Both the position numbers and the translations under genes were made by a program. From Octopus bimaculoides (Eukaryota), in NCBI RefSeq assembly GCF_001194135.2, contig NC_068993.1, forward strand, positions 598,820 through 632,419: 33,600 nucleotides of DNA. The letters run 5' to 3'. The notes below the pieces were generated by a model. That model worked only from the letters and a program-made list of their open reading frames with translations, was not told where the DNA came from and made no database searches. Shown here one piece after another: positions 22,467 through 33,493 of this stretch (position 1 is the first letter of the stretch; every line of letters starts with the position of its first letter).

Positions 22467-22599
22467 CCATTATTTCATCCAGTACCATTACTGGTGTAGT
22501 TTGTCTCCAGAGTGTGTGACTGGCAACTTCAACTGATCTTTTATGACGAACACTGCCTCCAGGGGGCAGCAGGAACAGTTCATCACTCACCATTCCTTC
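22467..22599 (-). CDS. M12B/ADAMTS-like metalloprotease exon (prodomain, EGMVSDEL...RHKR...DEIM)
   Basis: tttgtttag acceptor; 133 nt, phase 0 to 1; G|GTAGAT donor; contains the dibasic site RHKR. Confidence 0.8.
22555..22570 (+). promoter_or_regulatory. CTCF-like motif GCCTCCAGGGGGCAGC inside a protease coding exon
   Basis: Close match to the CTCF core; antisense to the codons for LPPGG. Confidence 0.3.
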
Positions 22600-22811
22600 C
22601 TAAACAAATACAACATTAGTTAATTGGTAAATATGTAAAAATACAAAAAAATATGGTCTGCAACAGCTAAACAAGTAATATAGAATAAAAAGAATTTGAG
22701 ACCTGAACATGGAGAATTTAATAGCTGAATGGTGTTCTGCAAGTTAAACACGGAAACATGTATAATTAATTTAGTAATAAATATTAATGAGGTTTATTTA
22801 ATTTGACTGGA

Positions 22812-22955
22812 AGGAAGCTTGCTTCCCAACCACTTCGTTCCAGATTTGGTCCCACTTCATGGCATCTTAGGCAAGTGTCGTCCACTCTTGCCTCAGGCCA
22901 CCCAAAGCCTTGTGAATGGATTTGGTAGACAGAAACCGAAAGAAGCCTGTTGTAT
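22812..22955 (+). mobile_element. SINE family B, forward copy
   Basis: gaagcttgcttcccaaccac...ttaggcaagtgtc...aaagccttgtgaatggatttggtagacagaaaccgaaagaagcc is the reverse complement of the 7378 copy. Confidence 0.75.
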
Positions 22956-23308
22956 ACATATATATCATCATCATCATCATCATAAAAAAGTGAGCATAAA
23001 TCTGGAAAACAATAAGTGGGATGGTCATGGCTGGAATTCCTTTAATCATTTCCTGGGCCACAGCTTAGCCTAAAAAACAGCAGTGAGATCTTGTCTGAAA
23101 TCTTATCTCACAAATTTTTTGAAAAGTAAATTCTTTAAACTTTCCTTTCCAAGATTTTGACTGGAATATTTGGTAAATTGTGAAATATTTGTGTTTAGAT
23201 TACTTCAATCCTATTCGATAAAATAAAGTACCAGTAAAGTACTGGGTCAGCTAAGATCCTCCCCTTAAAATCTGTGCATTAATTAGAAACCATAATTATT
23301 CCACTTAC

Positions 23309-23404
23309 CACATGAATGTCATTAATTCCATTTGGTCGAACACTAACGATGACACTTTCATCTACATTCTGGAAGAAATGCTGACTATGTTGGTGAAGGT
23401 CAAC
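23309..23404 (-). CDS. M12B/ADAMTS-like metalloprotease exon (prodomain, VDLHQHSQ...NDIHV)
   Basis: 96 nt open, phase 0 to 0; cataag acceptor, GTG|GTAAGT donor; bridges the phases of the flanking exons. Confidence 0.75.
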
Positions 23405-24147
23405 CTTATGCAATGGAAATGGTCAAATAAGATCCATTAAAACTCAAAAAAAAAAACAATCAAAAATTGTGGATCATGCAACATGAAATGAAGATACAAT
23501 TTATCAATTTTAAGGAATTTATAAATTTATTGATTTTTATTTCAAGATGCATTGATTGGTTGAGTGTGGACAAAGTATCAAGCAGTATTCAGTAACAATT
23601 CTTTAGGTTCTGAGTTCAAATCCGGTTCTGGAAAAACTTGGCTTTTTATCTTTCCCAGATCAATAAAAATCAGTCCCATGCTTCCTCCAGTCCCCATTCA
23701 GGTTCTAAAGGAATTGATGGCTATTTTGGAATATTTGACCAGTTCTTACTAAAGTAATTCTCTAAATTTCCAAAGCTGTGTCCTGGGAAAGCTCCCTATA
23801 TGGTGCCATCTGTTAGCACTCAACATTGTGTAGGGTGATTTCCTAGGATGCCACCCCACAGCAAATTAACATATAAACAAAACACGGACACCATGTATGT
23901 GCATTTGGTAATGTTTATATTATCAGAGCTGCTTTTAATTAATATATATATATATGTTTTAATCAAAGTATACAGTATTTATAGATCCATTACAGTTGAT
24001 CTTGCCAATCAGTTTTGCACAGGAAACTTAAATCAGATATTAGATAGCAACACGGTTAAGTAATACTGCATGGTCTTCAGAGATGACAAATGTGGAAGGA
24101 AAATATATATTTTTTTTAATGTTGGAGAGGGACTAAAACTCACTTAC

Positions 24148-24350
24148 AGGTAACTGTTCCTTTTCAATCTTTAGTTTTCCTCTCTTGAAAAACAGCTGCA
24201 TTAAGTCCATATCCTCCATAAGAATGGATGAAGGACTCCGCTGCAAAGTGACATTGATATTGCTGATGTTCGAGAGTAATGTCATTGTCAACTGGTCTGA
24301 CGTTAGTGGATCCCCATCAACAAATACTTCAGTTTTGTGCACCTCATAAT
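24148..24350 (-). CDS. M12B/ADAMTS-like metalloprotease exon (prodomain, YEVHKTEV...EKEQLP)
   Basis: Long pyrimidine tract plus tttcccag acceptor; 203 nt, phase 1 to 0; CCT|GTAAGT donor. Confidence 0.8.
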
Positions 24351-24564
24351 CTGGGAAATGAATTCACAAAATTTGAAAGAAGAACGGAAATGAAATGATG
24401 ACATGAAAACATTCACAACTTGTTTCTTTGTGGGAAATAAGTTTCATGATATCTATGGACTGAAGATACATAGCGGAAAGGATTAAATAAGTATGTTATT
24501 GTGTGTGTTTGTGTGTATGTGTGTGTGTATGTGTATGTGTGTTTGTGTGTGTGTATGTTTGTTC

Positions 24565-24620
24565 ATTTATCATCATCATAATTTAACATCCATTTTCTAT
24601 GCTGGCATGGGTTAGACAAA
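24565..24620 (-). mobile_element. RTE-tail terminal fragment
   Basis: atcatcatcataatttaacatccattttctatgctggcatgggtt is the reverse complement of the tail end. Confidence 0.6.
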
Positions 24621-25875
24621 TATAATGCATGGGCTTGTCCGGGCTCACATGTGGTGTGGATATATGTATGTTCATGTGTGTGTGTGTGTGTGTGTACACG
24701 TGGAGTGGGGGTGTGCATTGTGTACACAAGTATATTGAGTTAGGTCCCTTCACATAAAAAAAGTAAAGTGTAGCCATTTGTTAAATGTGGTAAGAAGTTA
24801 TGGTAATTAGTCATTATGCTAATGAGTAATTAGTGTTACTCATTAACATAATGGAGGTCATTTGTCTAAAATATATCCTCCAGAAAAAGAGAAGAAAGGA
24901 TAAAAAAACCCTGAGTGGATAAAAATGGATTCTATTACAGCAAAAACGAAATCATAGACGAACACTTGATGTTTTCTTTGTATTTAATTGAACATTGGAA
25001 CAATATGTCTTGGGTGGTTGTCAGAGCAAGATAAACAATTCTAGAATCAACAATCTCTGAACAAAATTCCCAGAGGCCTGCAGAAATTAGGGATACTGGA
25101 GACCTATCAATTATAGCCATACTAAATAAACATGTTAACATTATTTTCTTCTTCTTCCATTTTACTCTTCTCTGATTTTGACACATTTTCCCCCAATTGT
25201 TGGTCTTTTACCACAAGTTACCATTCTTGACCTTGATAGCCAACTTGCCCAAGGTTAATAGCAAAGTCAACTCAGGTAGCATCTTTGACAGTTGATGATC
25301 TCTTAAGAGGGCAAGAATACTCATAAGTTCAAATTCCAAGACAGGTCAAAATTGCAGAGAATTCATCCAAAGACATTTGGCTTAAATCTGGAAAGTGTTT
25401 GCTCTGGCCTCTAATTCCATGAGAACGACTTTGAAAGAGATTCCTTGCTTCCAATTTTCATAGATTGTAAGCTGTGAGAAATGATTTCTCGGCTGCAATA
25501 ATGGAAATCATATATTTTGCCTTTCAAGTAAAACACAGAGGGAAAATCATGGACCTTTTATTTATTGAAGCAGTAGAAGTTCTTGTTTTAAAGATTTGGG
25601 TCTAATTGTCTGCTACAATATATGAGAATGATTCTCTCTGTTCTTGAGTAAAGGTCAGCAGGAGAAATATTTGGGAAAGTTGAAATGAAAGAGTGACCAT
25701 AGAGAAGGTCAAACAGGTTTTAAGCGATGTCGTGTCTTTGAATGGAAAAGAGACAGTAATGGATAGGAGTCTTGTCATACAAAATAGTGAAATCTACCTT
25801 CAGGAAAGTTTCCTTCATTCAAAGACAAACTTAGTCTCCACAGACATCAACAGAAACTAATGGTTTTCAACTTAC

Positions 25876-26194
25876 CTCCAATATTGTTAAATCTTTGTGA
25901 TTTTGGAAATTGATGATCATTTTCTTCTTCTTCATCTTCATCTTCATGTTTTATATTTTCAATATCTAATTTATTTCTGTCGAGGAATTGTCCATATTTC
26001 AGTTCAGTGTTGTCCAAAGGTGGAGTTTTTACTAATTCTGAATGTCTAAAATTCTGTGATATTGATTTAGAATAGATTTCTTTGAGACTGTCATTGACAC
26101 CAGATTTACTTCTGCCTTGGCTCTCAAATTCTTGGGATATTCCATCACTAATATTATTACTGCTAATTGGTTTTTTATTCAATAACTTTATTCC
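25876..26194 (-). CDS. M12B/ADAMTS-like metalloprotease, putative coding exon (106-codon low-complexity, acidic N-terminal extension, GIKLLNKK...FNNIG)
   Basis: Acceptor ctttgtttttag, then 319 nt open from phase 0, then a perfect AG|GTAAGT donor. It ends in phase 1, matching the phase-1 start of exon 24148-24350. No recognisable domain, so membership in this gene is inferred. Confidence 0.65.
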
Positions 26195-26309
26195 CTAAAA
26201 ACAAAGATCAAATGCATGTTTCATCATTGAGAAATTGTTATAAAACAAACTAATTAAGTACAGAGGTCAGGTTTATTCACTTGTTATTCCACCCCACCAC
26301 ACATCAGGC

Positions 26310-26469
26310 ATTATTATTATTGTTCAGTAGTTTTATTTTTATAACGTGCTTTCACTTCACTACCGAGCGCAGCTCTGTGCGCCTTGGGTATGTGCTGTAG
26401 TTTGCTGTGGTGCTCTTATGGTTACTGTATTGAAAGTGTTTTGCGTAGGATGTGTGCAGTGCCCAGTAG
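26310..26469 (-). mobile_element. 3' terminal fragment of an R4/Dong-like RLE retrotransposon
   Basis: Minus strand reads LLGTAHILRKTLSIQ*, followed by a 3' UTR with AATAAA and an (AAT)n tail. Confidence 0.8.
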
Positions 26470-26515
26470 TTTATTATTATTATTATTATTATTAATATTA
26501 TTATTATTATTTAAG

Positions 26516-26955
26516 GCAGTGAGCTGGCAGAATTATGAGCACCCCAGGCAAAATGCTTGGTGGTATTTCATCCATTTATCTGCTCAAATTCCACCGTGAT
26601 CAACTTTGCTTTTATCCTTTCAGAGTTGATAAAATAAATATCAGTTGAACACAGGGGGTGATGTAATCAACTTACTCCCTCCTCCAAACTAGCTGGCCTT
26701 GTACCAAAAATTAAAAATTATTATAATTGTTGTTATTATTATTATTATTATTATTTAAGGCAATGAGATGGCAAAACATTTAGCAGTGTTTTGTCCACCT
26801 TTACATTCTGCACTCAAATTCCATTGAGATCAGATTTGCCTTTCCTCTTTTTGGGGGTTGATAAAATAAGTACCAGTAAAATACTGGTGTCGATGTAATC
26901 ACCTTTTCTCATCCCCTCAAAAACTGCTAGCCCTGAGCAAAAATTCGAAACCATT
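26516..26955 (+). mobile_element. Two tandem copies of SINE family A (about 26516-26725 and 26758-26955), each preceded by (TTA)n
   Basis: Both start taaggca.tgag.tggca.aa, contain ctcaaattcca, actttgc/tttgccttt and gataaaata..tac/tcag. Confidence 0.8.
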
Positions 26956-27170
26956 ATTGTTGTTGTTGATAAACAGAAATTATAACAGGGCAAATGTATA
27001 TATTTATATATAAATTTCTGGCAGAGTGAATTGTGTCATGGTGCTGTTTTTCTCACAGATGGTGCCCAACTGTCCCTACTATACTGTGTAGTCAACAGCA
27101 TCAAAAACAAACAATGTGCATGCACGAAATTAAAAATATAAAATGGTGTCAATTTACCCATTGCATCCTG

Positions 27171-27208
<38 letters not shown>

Positions 27209-27429
27209 TATGNNNNNNNNNNNNNNNNNNNNNNNNNNNNNNNNNNNNNNNNNNNNNNNNNNNNNNNNNNNNNNNNNNNNNNNNNNNNNNNNNNNNNNNN
27301 NNNNNNNNNNNNNNNNNNNNNNNNNNNNNNNNNNNNNNNNNNNNNNNNNNNNNNNNNNNNNNNNNNNNNNNNNNNNNNNNNNNNNNNNNNNNNNNNNNNN
27401 NNNNNNNNNNNNNNNNNNNNNNNNNNNNN

Positions 27430-27460
<31 letters not shown>

Positions 27461-27750
27461 ACATATAGTTATATATGTGTATAGTTATATACTTATATAT
27501 TTCACCAACCTTGTATGTATGGATAGACTTTAAACATCTTGTCTCTACTTATAATTTCAAGACGGGCCAAGAATTTATCTCCCAAATTTACAATAAAACA
27601 GGGAGAATATTTTGATGAAATTTGACAAAGATACAAGACACTCTTGACCTCCAGACTTTTCAACCTCAGAACATCAAAGACTTATTTTTTGATTGACAGA
27701 TGCCAGCCCAGCATATTGACAGTGACATGGTTCAGCTTATATTTTCTTAC

Positions 27751-27790
27751 CAAAAGACAAGTTGTAGAAGCAGGGGAGCAAGAAAACCAT
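27751..27790 (-). CDS. Candidate upstream exon of the metalloprotease (MVFLLPCFYNLSF in the phase-1 frame; the phase-0 frame is open from 27825)
   Basis: TTG|GTAAGA donor at 27750; aaaaATGG context at 27790; in-frame upstream ATG at 27859. Frame and start are ambiguous. Confidence 0.3.
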
Positions 27791-30079
27791 TTTTTTAAAC
27801 TTGTAAAGAAGAATGCGGCAGCTGACTACGACATGAACAGACACAAAACACCAGTACATGACGTCACCATAATTAATAGCTGAGTTAATGAAAGAGCCTG
27901 TACATGGTTGTTCAACTTGTTAAAAATAGCAGCCAAAACTTCCTCAAATCACACTCTACTGTCTTAGAAAAGGACATGTATATTGGGATTCTGGGTTGTC
28001 TGTATGTAGGTAAAGATGGGATGGCCATGGCTGGCATATTTTTGATAATAGTTCTTCTTGATCAACACTGACTGACCAAGGGCTTCAACCATTATTTTTT
28101 TGCATTAGTCTTCGTAGTTATATTCCTTGTTATCTCTTTAGTTGTTCTGAAGATTCTAAAACACGAAATGCAATGAAGAATTCTGATGGTGTGAAGACCT
28201 CAATGCCATCAAAAAGTCAGCTGATGCCAACAACATGCAATAATGGTAAACAACTTCACTATCATCTCTCAAATACTCTGCACAGAATCAGGATTGTAAT
28301 CCTAGAATCGGACTATGGGAACATTGGGATTTAAAATAATTAATGGCTACAGTGAGTCGATTGCATGCAAGGATGGATTCTGAGAATATTTAGAACAAGA
28401 AGTCATGTTCCATCAGTAAAAGACATTTTTTTCCTGTCATCTGAGTTATTCCTTCCAGAATGTCAAGCACAAAACTCAACTAAGAGTTTTCCAATTCTCC
28501 TAAACTAAGATTTCCTCAACTGAGAAAAGTCAAAAACTCTCAGTCTATTTCTTAGAGCGAAGAAAGGGAAATGAATAACTTATGTCTCTGAAGGATTGTC
28601 TCAAAGTTTGGTACTGGAAGTTTAGCAATTCCTGAACTTGGCGTTAATGCATGATGGCAAAAGATTGTCTCCATCTCAAGTTAAGAATACAAATTGTAAT
28701 AACTTGGCATTGAAAAGACTGTGCTAAGGTCCCTTTCACACCAGATTTATTATTCCAGGAAATAAGGGGATCATGACATAATGACACATGAAATAAAGGG
28801 TCATAGCCACATTTACAGTAACAACAACAGTCAAAGCATGAGTATAGCTTCTTTTGGCAAGATTATGGTGTCTTCCAAACATTTGGAACTTAGGTTTGAA
28901 GCTACCACTTCACAATTAATATCAATAAATTTAAACTATATGTTCAGGAAGAAAAGTTATTTGCATTTATTCTGCTGAAACTTAGTTTTGGAAAAGACCT
29001 GGTGATTTCTGAAGATTTTTGGGAACAATTAAAACGGTCCTGGTGGTTCCCAATAGAAATTGTTGGTCTACTGACAAATTTCAGTGAAATATTCTTTGCC
29101 ATGCTAGTTGTCAGGCTGTTAAATATCTTTAGTGTCCTTTCAAGGAAACCAGTTGAATTGCTTCTGTGGATGTGATTAAGGAAAACCACTGAGTTGTCTC
29201 AAAGCATCTCCAGAAACAGGGAATGGTTATTCAAAGTATATTGTCTAACTTTCAAGAAACATGGCGTCGTTCAGCTAGCGACAGTCTTGCAATTAAGATC
29301 ACGTCATATTTCAAACAAAAGAAAATATATTCAAAAAATGAAAGGTCAGTAGGAAGGTGAATTCTTTTTCTCCAGGTAAATAGGTATTCAGTAAAGAAGA
29401 AAGAAAAAGTTACTTTAATAACTTATGGTAAAATGAACAAGAAGAAAGAGGTGTGCCGTTGTCTCTCTAGCAAAATGTCTGAAAAGTTTTCTTTTGACAA
29501 AACGACAAGCCAGTATGTTATGCTTCCCATTGCATATCAACAATGTAAGGCCCTTCTTCAGTAATATGAGCTGACAGCCAACACGTTTTGATCTTGTTTA
29601 GTCAAAGTATACGTCAGAATTTTTTTCTGAAGCAGAAAGGACTGTGAAAATATGATACCAATATTTTAGAATAATTGACAAAAGCATAAAGAATAAAGAA
29701 TTGTAACAATTAACTTAAATGAGAAATTCAGTTGGGTTTTCTAAGTTACATGAATATATCCATACAAAAGCTGGTTTGTTTGTTCCGTCATCATTCCTGG
29801 TTCATTGAAATAATATCTGGATATCTGGATTTCAACCGAACAGAAACATGTTGTAGACCCCTGTCCCATGGCATAGGACTCTTAATTTAAGAATTTTTAT
29901 AGCATTTTACCAACATTTTCTTTTCCTTTTTCTTAAAACAGTCAATCAGCTGGTTTTCTTTCTTTCAGTATTCACTCTTAACCAAATCAACCCATCATTG
30001 TTCTTGTCAAATTTTAGTTGTAGTGAGTAGGAAAAACAGACAAATCACAAATTCCCTTTTGGGAGATGGCTCTGCTCTT

Positions 30080-31160
30080 GGTAGGAACCCTATACAGTGT
30101 ACTCAGTGCAAGCTATGGACACAGGAGGTGCAGCATTATCATGGGAAAGAAAACAGAGAAAATAGCCTTTGTGTGTGGTTACAATAAGCACTAAGAATGT
30201 GCAGAGAACAGACTTCCTCAAATGTTCAGGGGGATCCTTAGAAGTAGTGGATAGCTTCTGTTACCTAGGAGACCAAGTTAGCAGTGGGGGAGAGGGTTCT
30301 GAAAGTGTAGTTGCAAGAATAAGAAGAGGCAAATTGCAGAGAGCTTCTACGTTTGTTGGTAACTGAGAGCCTTTTGCTCAGAGTGAAAGGCAGACTGTAC
30401 GATGCCTGTGTATGTACAGCTATGCTACATGACAGTGATACATTGGCTATGGCTACAGAGGAGTTGCAAAGACTTGAAAGAAATGAAGCCCAGCATGCTC
30501 TGCTGGACGGGTAATGTCAGTGTGCGTGTATGGCAGAGTGTAAAGGATTTAAAAGAAAAAATTGGGTGTAAGAGGCATCAGATGTGTGTACGAGAGAAAA
30601 CTGCACTGGTTTGGTCATGTTGTGAGTATGGATGAAGACAGCTGCATCAAAAAGTGCCAATTTCTGACTGTAGAGGGAAACTGTGGAATGGCCAAACCCA
30701 GGAAGACTTGGGACAGAGTGGTGAGAAAGGATCTTCAGAATTTTGGTCTCATAGAGATGACAAGGGACCAAGACTTTTGGCAGTTTGCTGTACTTGAGAA
30801 GACACACCAGGCTAAATAAAATCATGGCTGTCCATGCAGAGAGGCATGTCTTTTACATACCACTCTCAGCTAAGAGATCCTAAGTCTTGCAGGCTCGTGG
30901 GAGCTGGTACCACGTAAAACACCAGTGCTGGTGTCACATAAAAGTGCCCATGCCAGTGTCACAGAAAAGCACCTGGGCCAGTGCCACATTAAAAGCACCC
31001 AGTACATTCTGTAAAGTGGTTGGCATTAGGAAGGGCATCCAGTCGTTGAAACTATGCCAAAACAGACATGGAATCTGGGCAGATCTGCTGCTGCTGCCGG
31101 CCAGCTCCTGTCAAACCGTCCAACCCATGCCACCATGGAAAGCAGATTTTAAACGATGAT
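30080..31160 (+). mobile_element. 5'-truncated RTE-clade LINE (RT C-terminus plus 3' UTR and GAT tail)
   Basis: LEVVDSFCYLGD, LRVKGRLYDACV, WFGHV..MDEDS, PRKTW..VV.KDL, stop at 30819; the 3' UTR has tandem gtgccacgtaaaagcacc-like units and ends ttaaacgatgatga. Confidence 0.9.
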
Positions 31161-31407
31161 GAGGAGGAGGAGGATGATTCAATAATGTAGAATGGTTGGT
31201 GATAGGAAAGGCATCCAGTCAGGGAACCCAATTCAATTAATATGGGCAAGCCCTGGTGTTTAGGAACAGTAGCATAGCTCTCGCAAGGAAATGACTAAGT
31301 GAGGATTCATCCAAGCCATACAGGTAAGGAAAGTGGGTATAAACTAGTGATGATGACAAGTTGGAGGGGGTGAAGTAGAGGTGGGAGAGTGAAGGAGGAG
31401 GAAGAGG

Positions 31408-31469
<62 letters not shown>

Positions 31470-32228
31470 NNNNNNNNNNNNNNNNNNNNNNNNNNNNNNN
31501 NNNNNNNNNNNNNNNNNNNNNNNNNNNNNNNNNNNNNNNNNNNNNNNNNNNNNNNNNNNNNNNNNNNNNNNNNNNNNNNNNNNNNNNNNNNNNNNNNNNN
31601 NNNNNNNNNNNNNNNNNNNNNNNNNNNNNNNNNNNNNNNNNNNNNNNNNNNNNNNNNNNNNNNNNNNNNNNNNNNNNNNNNNNNNNNNNNNNNNNNNNNN
31701 NNNNNNNNNNNNNNNNNNNNNNNNNNNNNNNNNNNNNNNNNNNNNNNNNNNNNNNNNNNNNNNNNNNNNNNNNNNNNNNNNNNNNNNNNNNNNNNNNNNN
31801 NNNNNNNNNNNNNNNNNNNNNNNNNNNNNNNNNNNNNNNNNNNNNNNNNNNNNNNNNNNNNNNNNNNNNNNNNNNNNNNNNNNNNNNNNNNNNNNNNNNN
31901 NNNNNNNNNNNNNNNNNNNNNNNNNNNNNNNNNNNNNNNNNNNNNNNNNNNNNNNNNNNNNNNNNNNNNNNNNNNNNNNNNNNNNNNNNNNNNNNNNNNN
32001 NNNNNNNNNNNNNNNNNNNNNNNNNNNNNNNNNNNNNNNNNNNNNNNNNNNNNNNNNNNNNNNNNNNNNNNNNNNNNNNNNNNNNNNNNNNNNNNNNNNN
32101 NNNNNNNNNNNNNNNNNNNNNNNNNNNNNNNNNNNNNNNNNNNNNNNNNNNNNNNNNNNNNNNNNNNNNNNNNNNNNNNNNNNNNNNNNNNNNNNNNNNN
32201 NNNNNNNNNNNNNNNNNNNNNNNNNNNN

Positions 32229-32553
32229 GTGCCAGTGGCACATGAAAAGACATTCGAGTGAGGTCATTGCCAGTGCCACTGGACTGGCTCCCATGCAGGT
32301 GGCATGTAAAATACACCATTTTGAGTGTGGCCGTTGCCAGTACCGCCTGACTGGCCTTCATGCCGGTGGCACGTAAAAGCACCGACTACACTCTCAGAGT
32401 GGTTGGCGTTAGGAAGGGCATCCGGCTGTAGAAACTCAGCCAAATCAGATTGGAGCCTGGTGTAGCCATCTGGTTCACCAGCCCTCAGTCAAATCGTCCA
32501 ACCCATGCTGGCATGGAAAGCGGACGTTAAACGATGATGATGATGATGATGAT
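32229..32553 (+). mobile_element. RTE-tail repeat, young copy
   Basis: Same tail as 5431-5620 with a (GAT)n end; its 5' end lies in the gap. Confidence 0.85.
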
Positions 32554-32639
32554 ATATATATACATAGATACATATATACATGCACACAGACATACATATA
32601 CATACACATATACATGCATGTATACATACATATATGCAT

Positions 32640-33420
32640 GTATCTATGTCATTATTCAGTCTTGTTTCAAGATTTCTTGCCAATAGAGAAAGAGCTGGTT
32701 TATAACCCAGATCCAAGGCTCCTTCATTGGAACTTCAACATCAACAACAAGGTATTTTTGTATGTATGTATGTATATGTGCAGTTTTATATGTTTTGTTT
32801 TATGTATGTATTCTCATGCATATAGTTACATGTCTAGATGTGCTCATATATATTTAAATAATAAGATTTTTACAGTTCCAGTGGACTGGATCTGTAGTCT
32901 TTGAATTAGCTTTCTTCTTTCTAGTTTTGAGAAGCCTAATTTCTCAAGATCTTCCCTGGGACATTCCACCAGTACTCCTTTTTATTATGAGTGGCAATGG
33001 CTTCTACCATATTGTGGGTTCTTATTTCTTCCGACAGATTTCCTTATAGAGTGTCCTAGCTACAACATCATATCTCATCAGCAGATAATACTGTGATGAC
33101 ATTTTCAGACAACTGCTTATGAGGTGGATAATGTTTTCAGTGTGAGCTCCACAAAGTCTGCATCGTTTGTCACATTTTACGGCTTTTTGTGCATCAGATA
33201 TTTGGTTATTTCCTGTTCCTGGATTGTAAACGCATACCCTTCAAAGTGAGAGGTAGTAATCTGGTTATTAGTCCATGATAAACTGCTTTGATGAGCGATG
33301 TTACTATCATCTCAGAGATATCTACTAACATATCCTTGCATAGTCTTCTGTACATTGTATTTCCCTTTAATCTTTAATATTGAACAAATCTCAAGGTGAG
33401 CCAGGCATTATTATATCTGA
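32640..33420 (-). mobile_element. 3' part of a second RLE-type (R4-like) non-LTR retrotransposon, internally deleted
   Basis: FEGYAFTIQEQEI; CCHC knuckle CRLCGAHTENIIHLISSC (33162-33109); RYDVVA; C-terminal RKLIQRLQIQSTGTVKI; frameshifts and stops. Confidence 0.8.
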
Positions 33421-33433
33421 ATCATAGAATACT

Positions 33434-33436
<3 letters not shown>

Positions 33437-33491
<55 letters not shown>
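33437..33491. repeat. (CA)n microsatellite
   Basis: Read directly. Confidence 0.95.

Positions 33492-33493
<2 letters not shown>

Noticed and set aside
24141-24147. Alternative phase-1 donor GTGAGT linking directly to exon 21600
   Set aside because: The upstream GTAAGT donor with exons 23309-23404 and 22467-22599 gives a complete, phase-consistent prodomain.
24935-25860. Microsatellite-free, coding-looking stretch in a protease intron
   Set aside because: All frames I checked have frequent stops, with no convincing splice pair or TE motif.
28100-29450. Repeat-poor region with 65-81 aa ORFs (28781-28978 +, 28944-29189 -)
   Set aside because: Frames are broken, with no paired splice sites, signal-peptide exon or domain; unexplained but not supportable.
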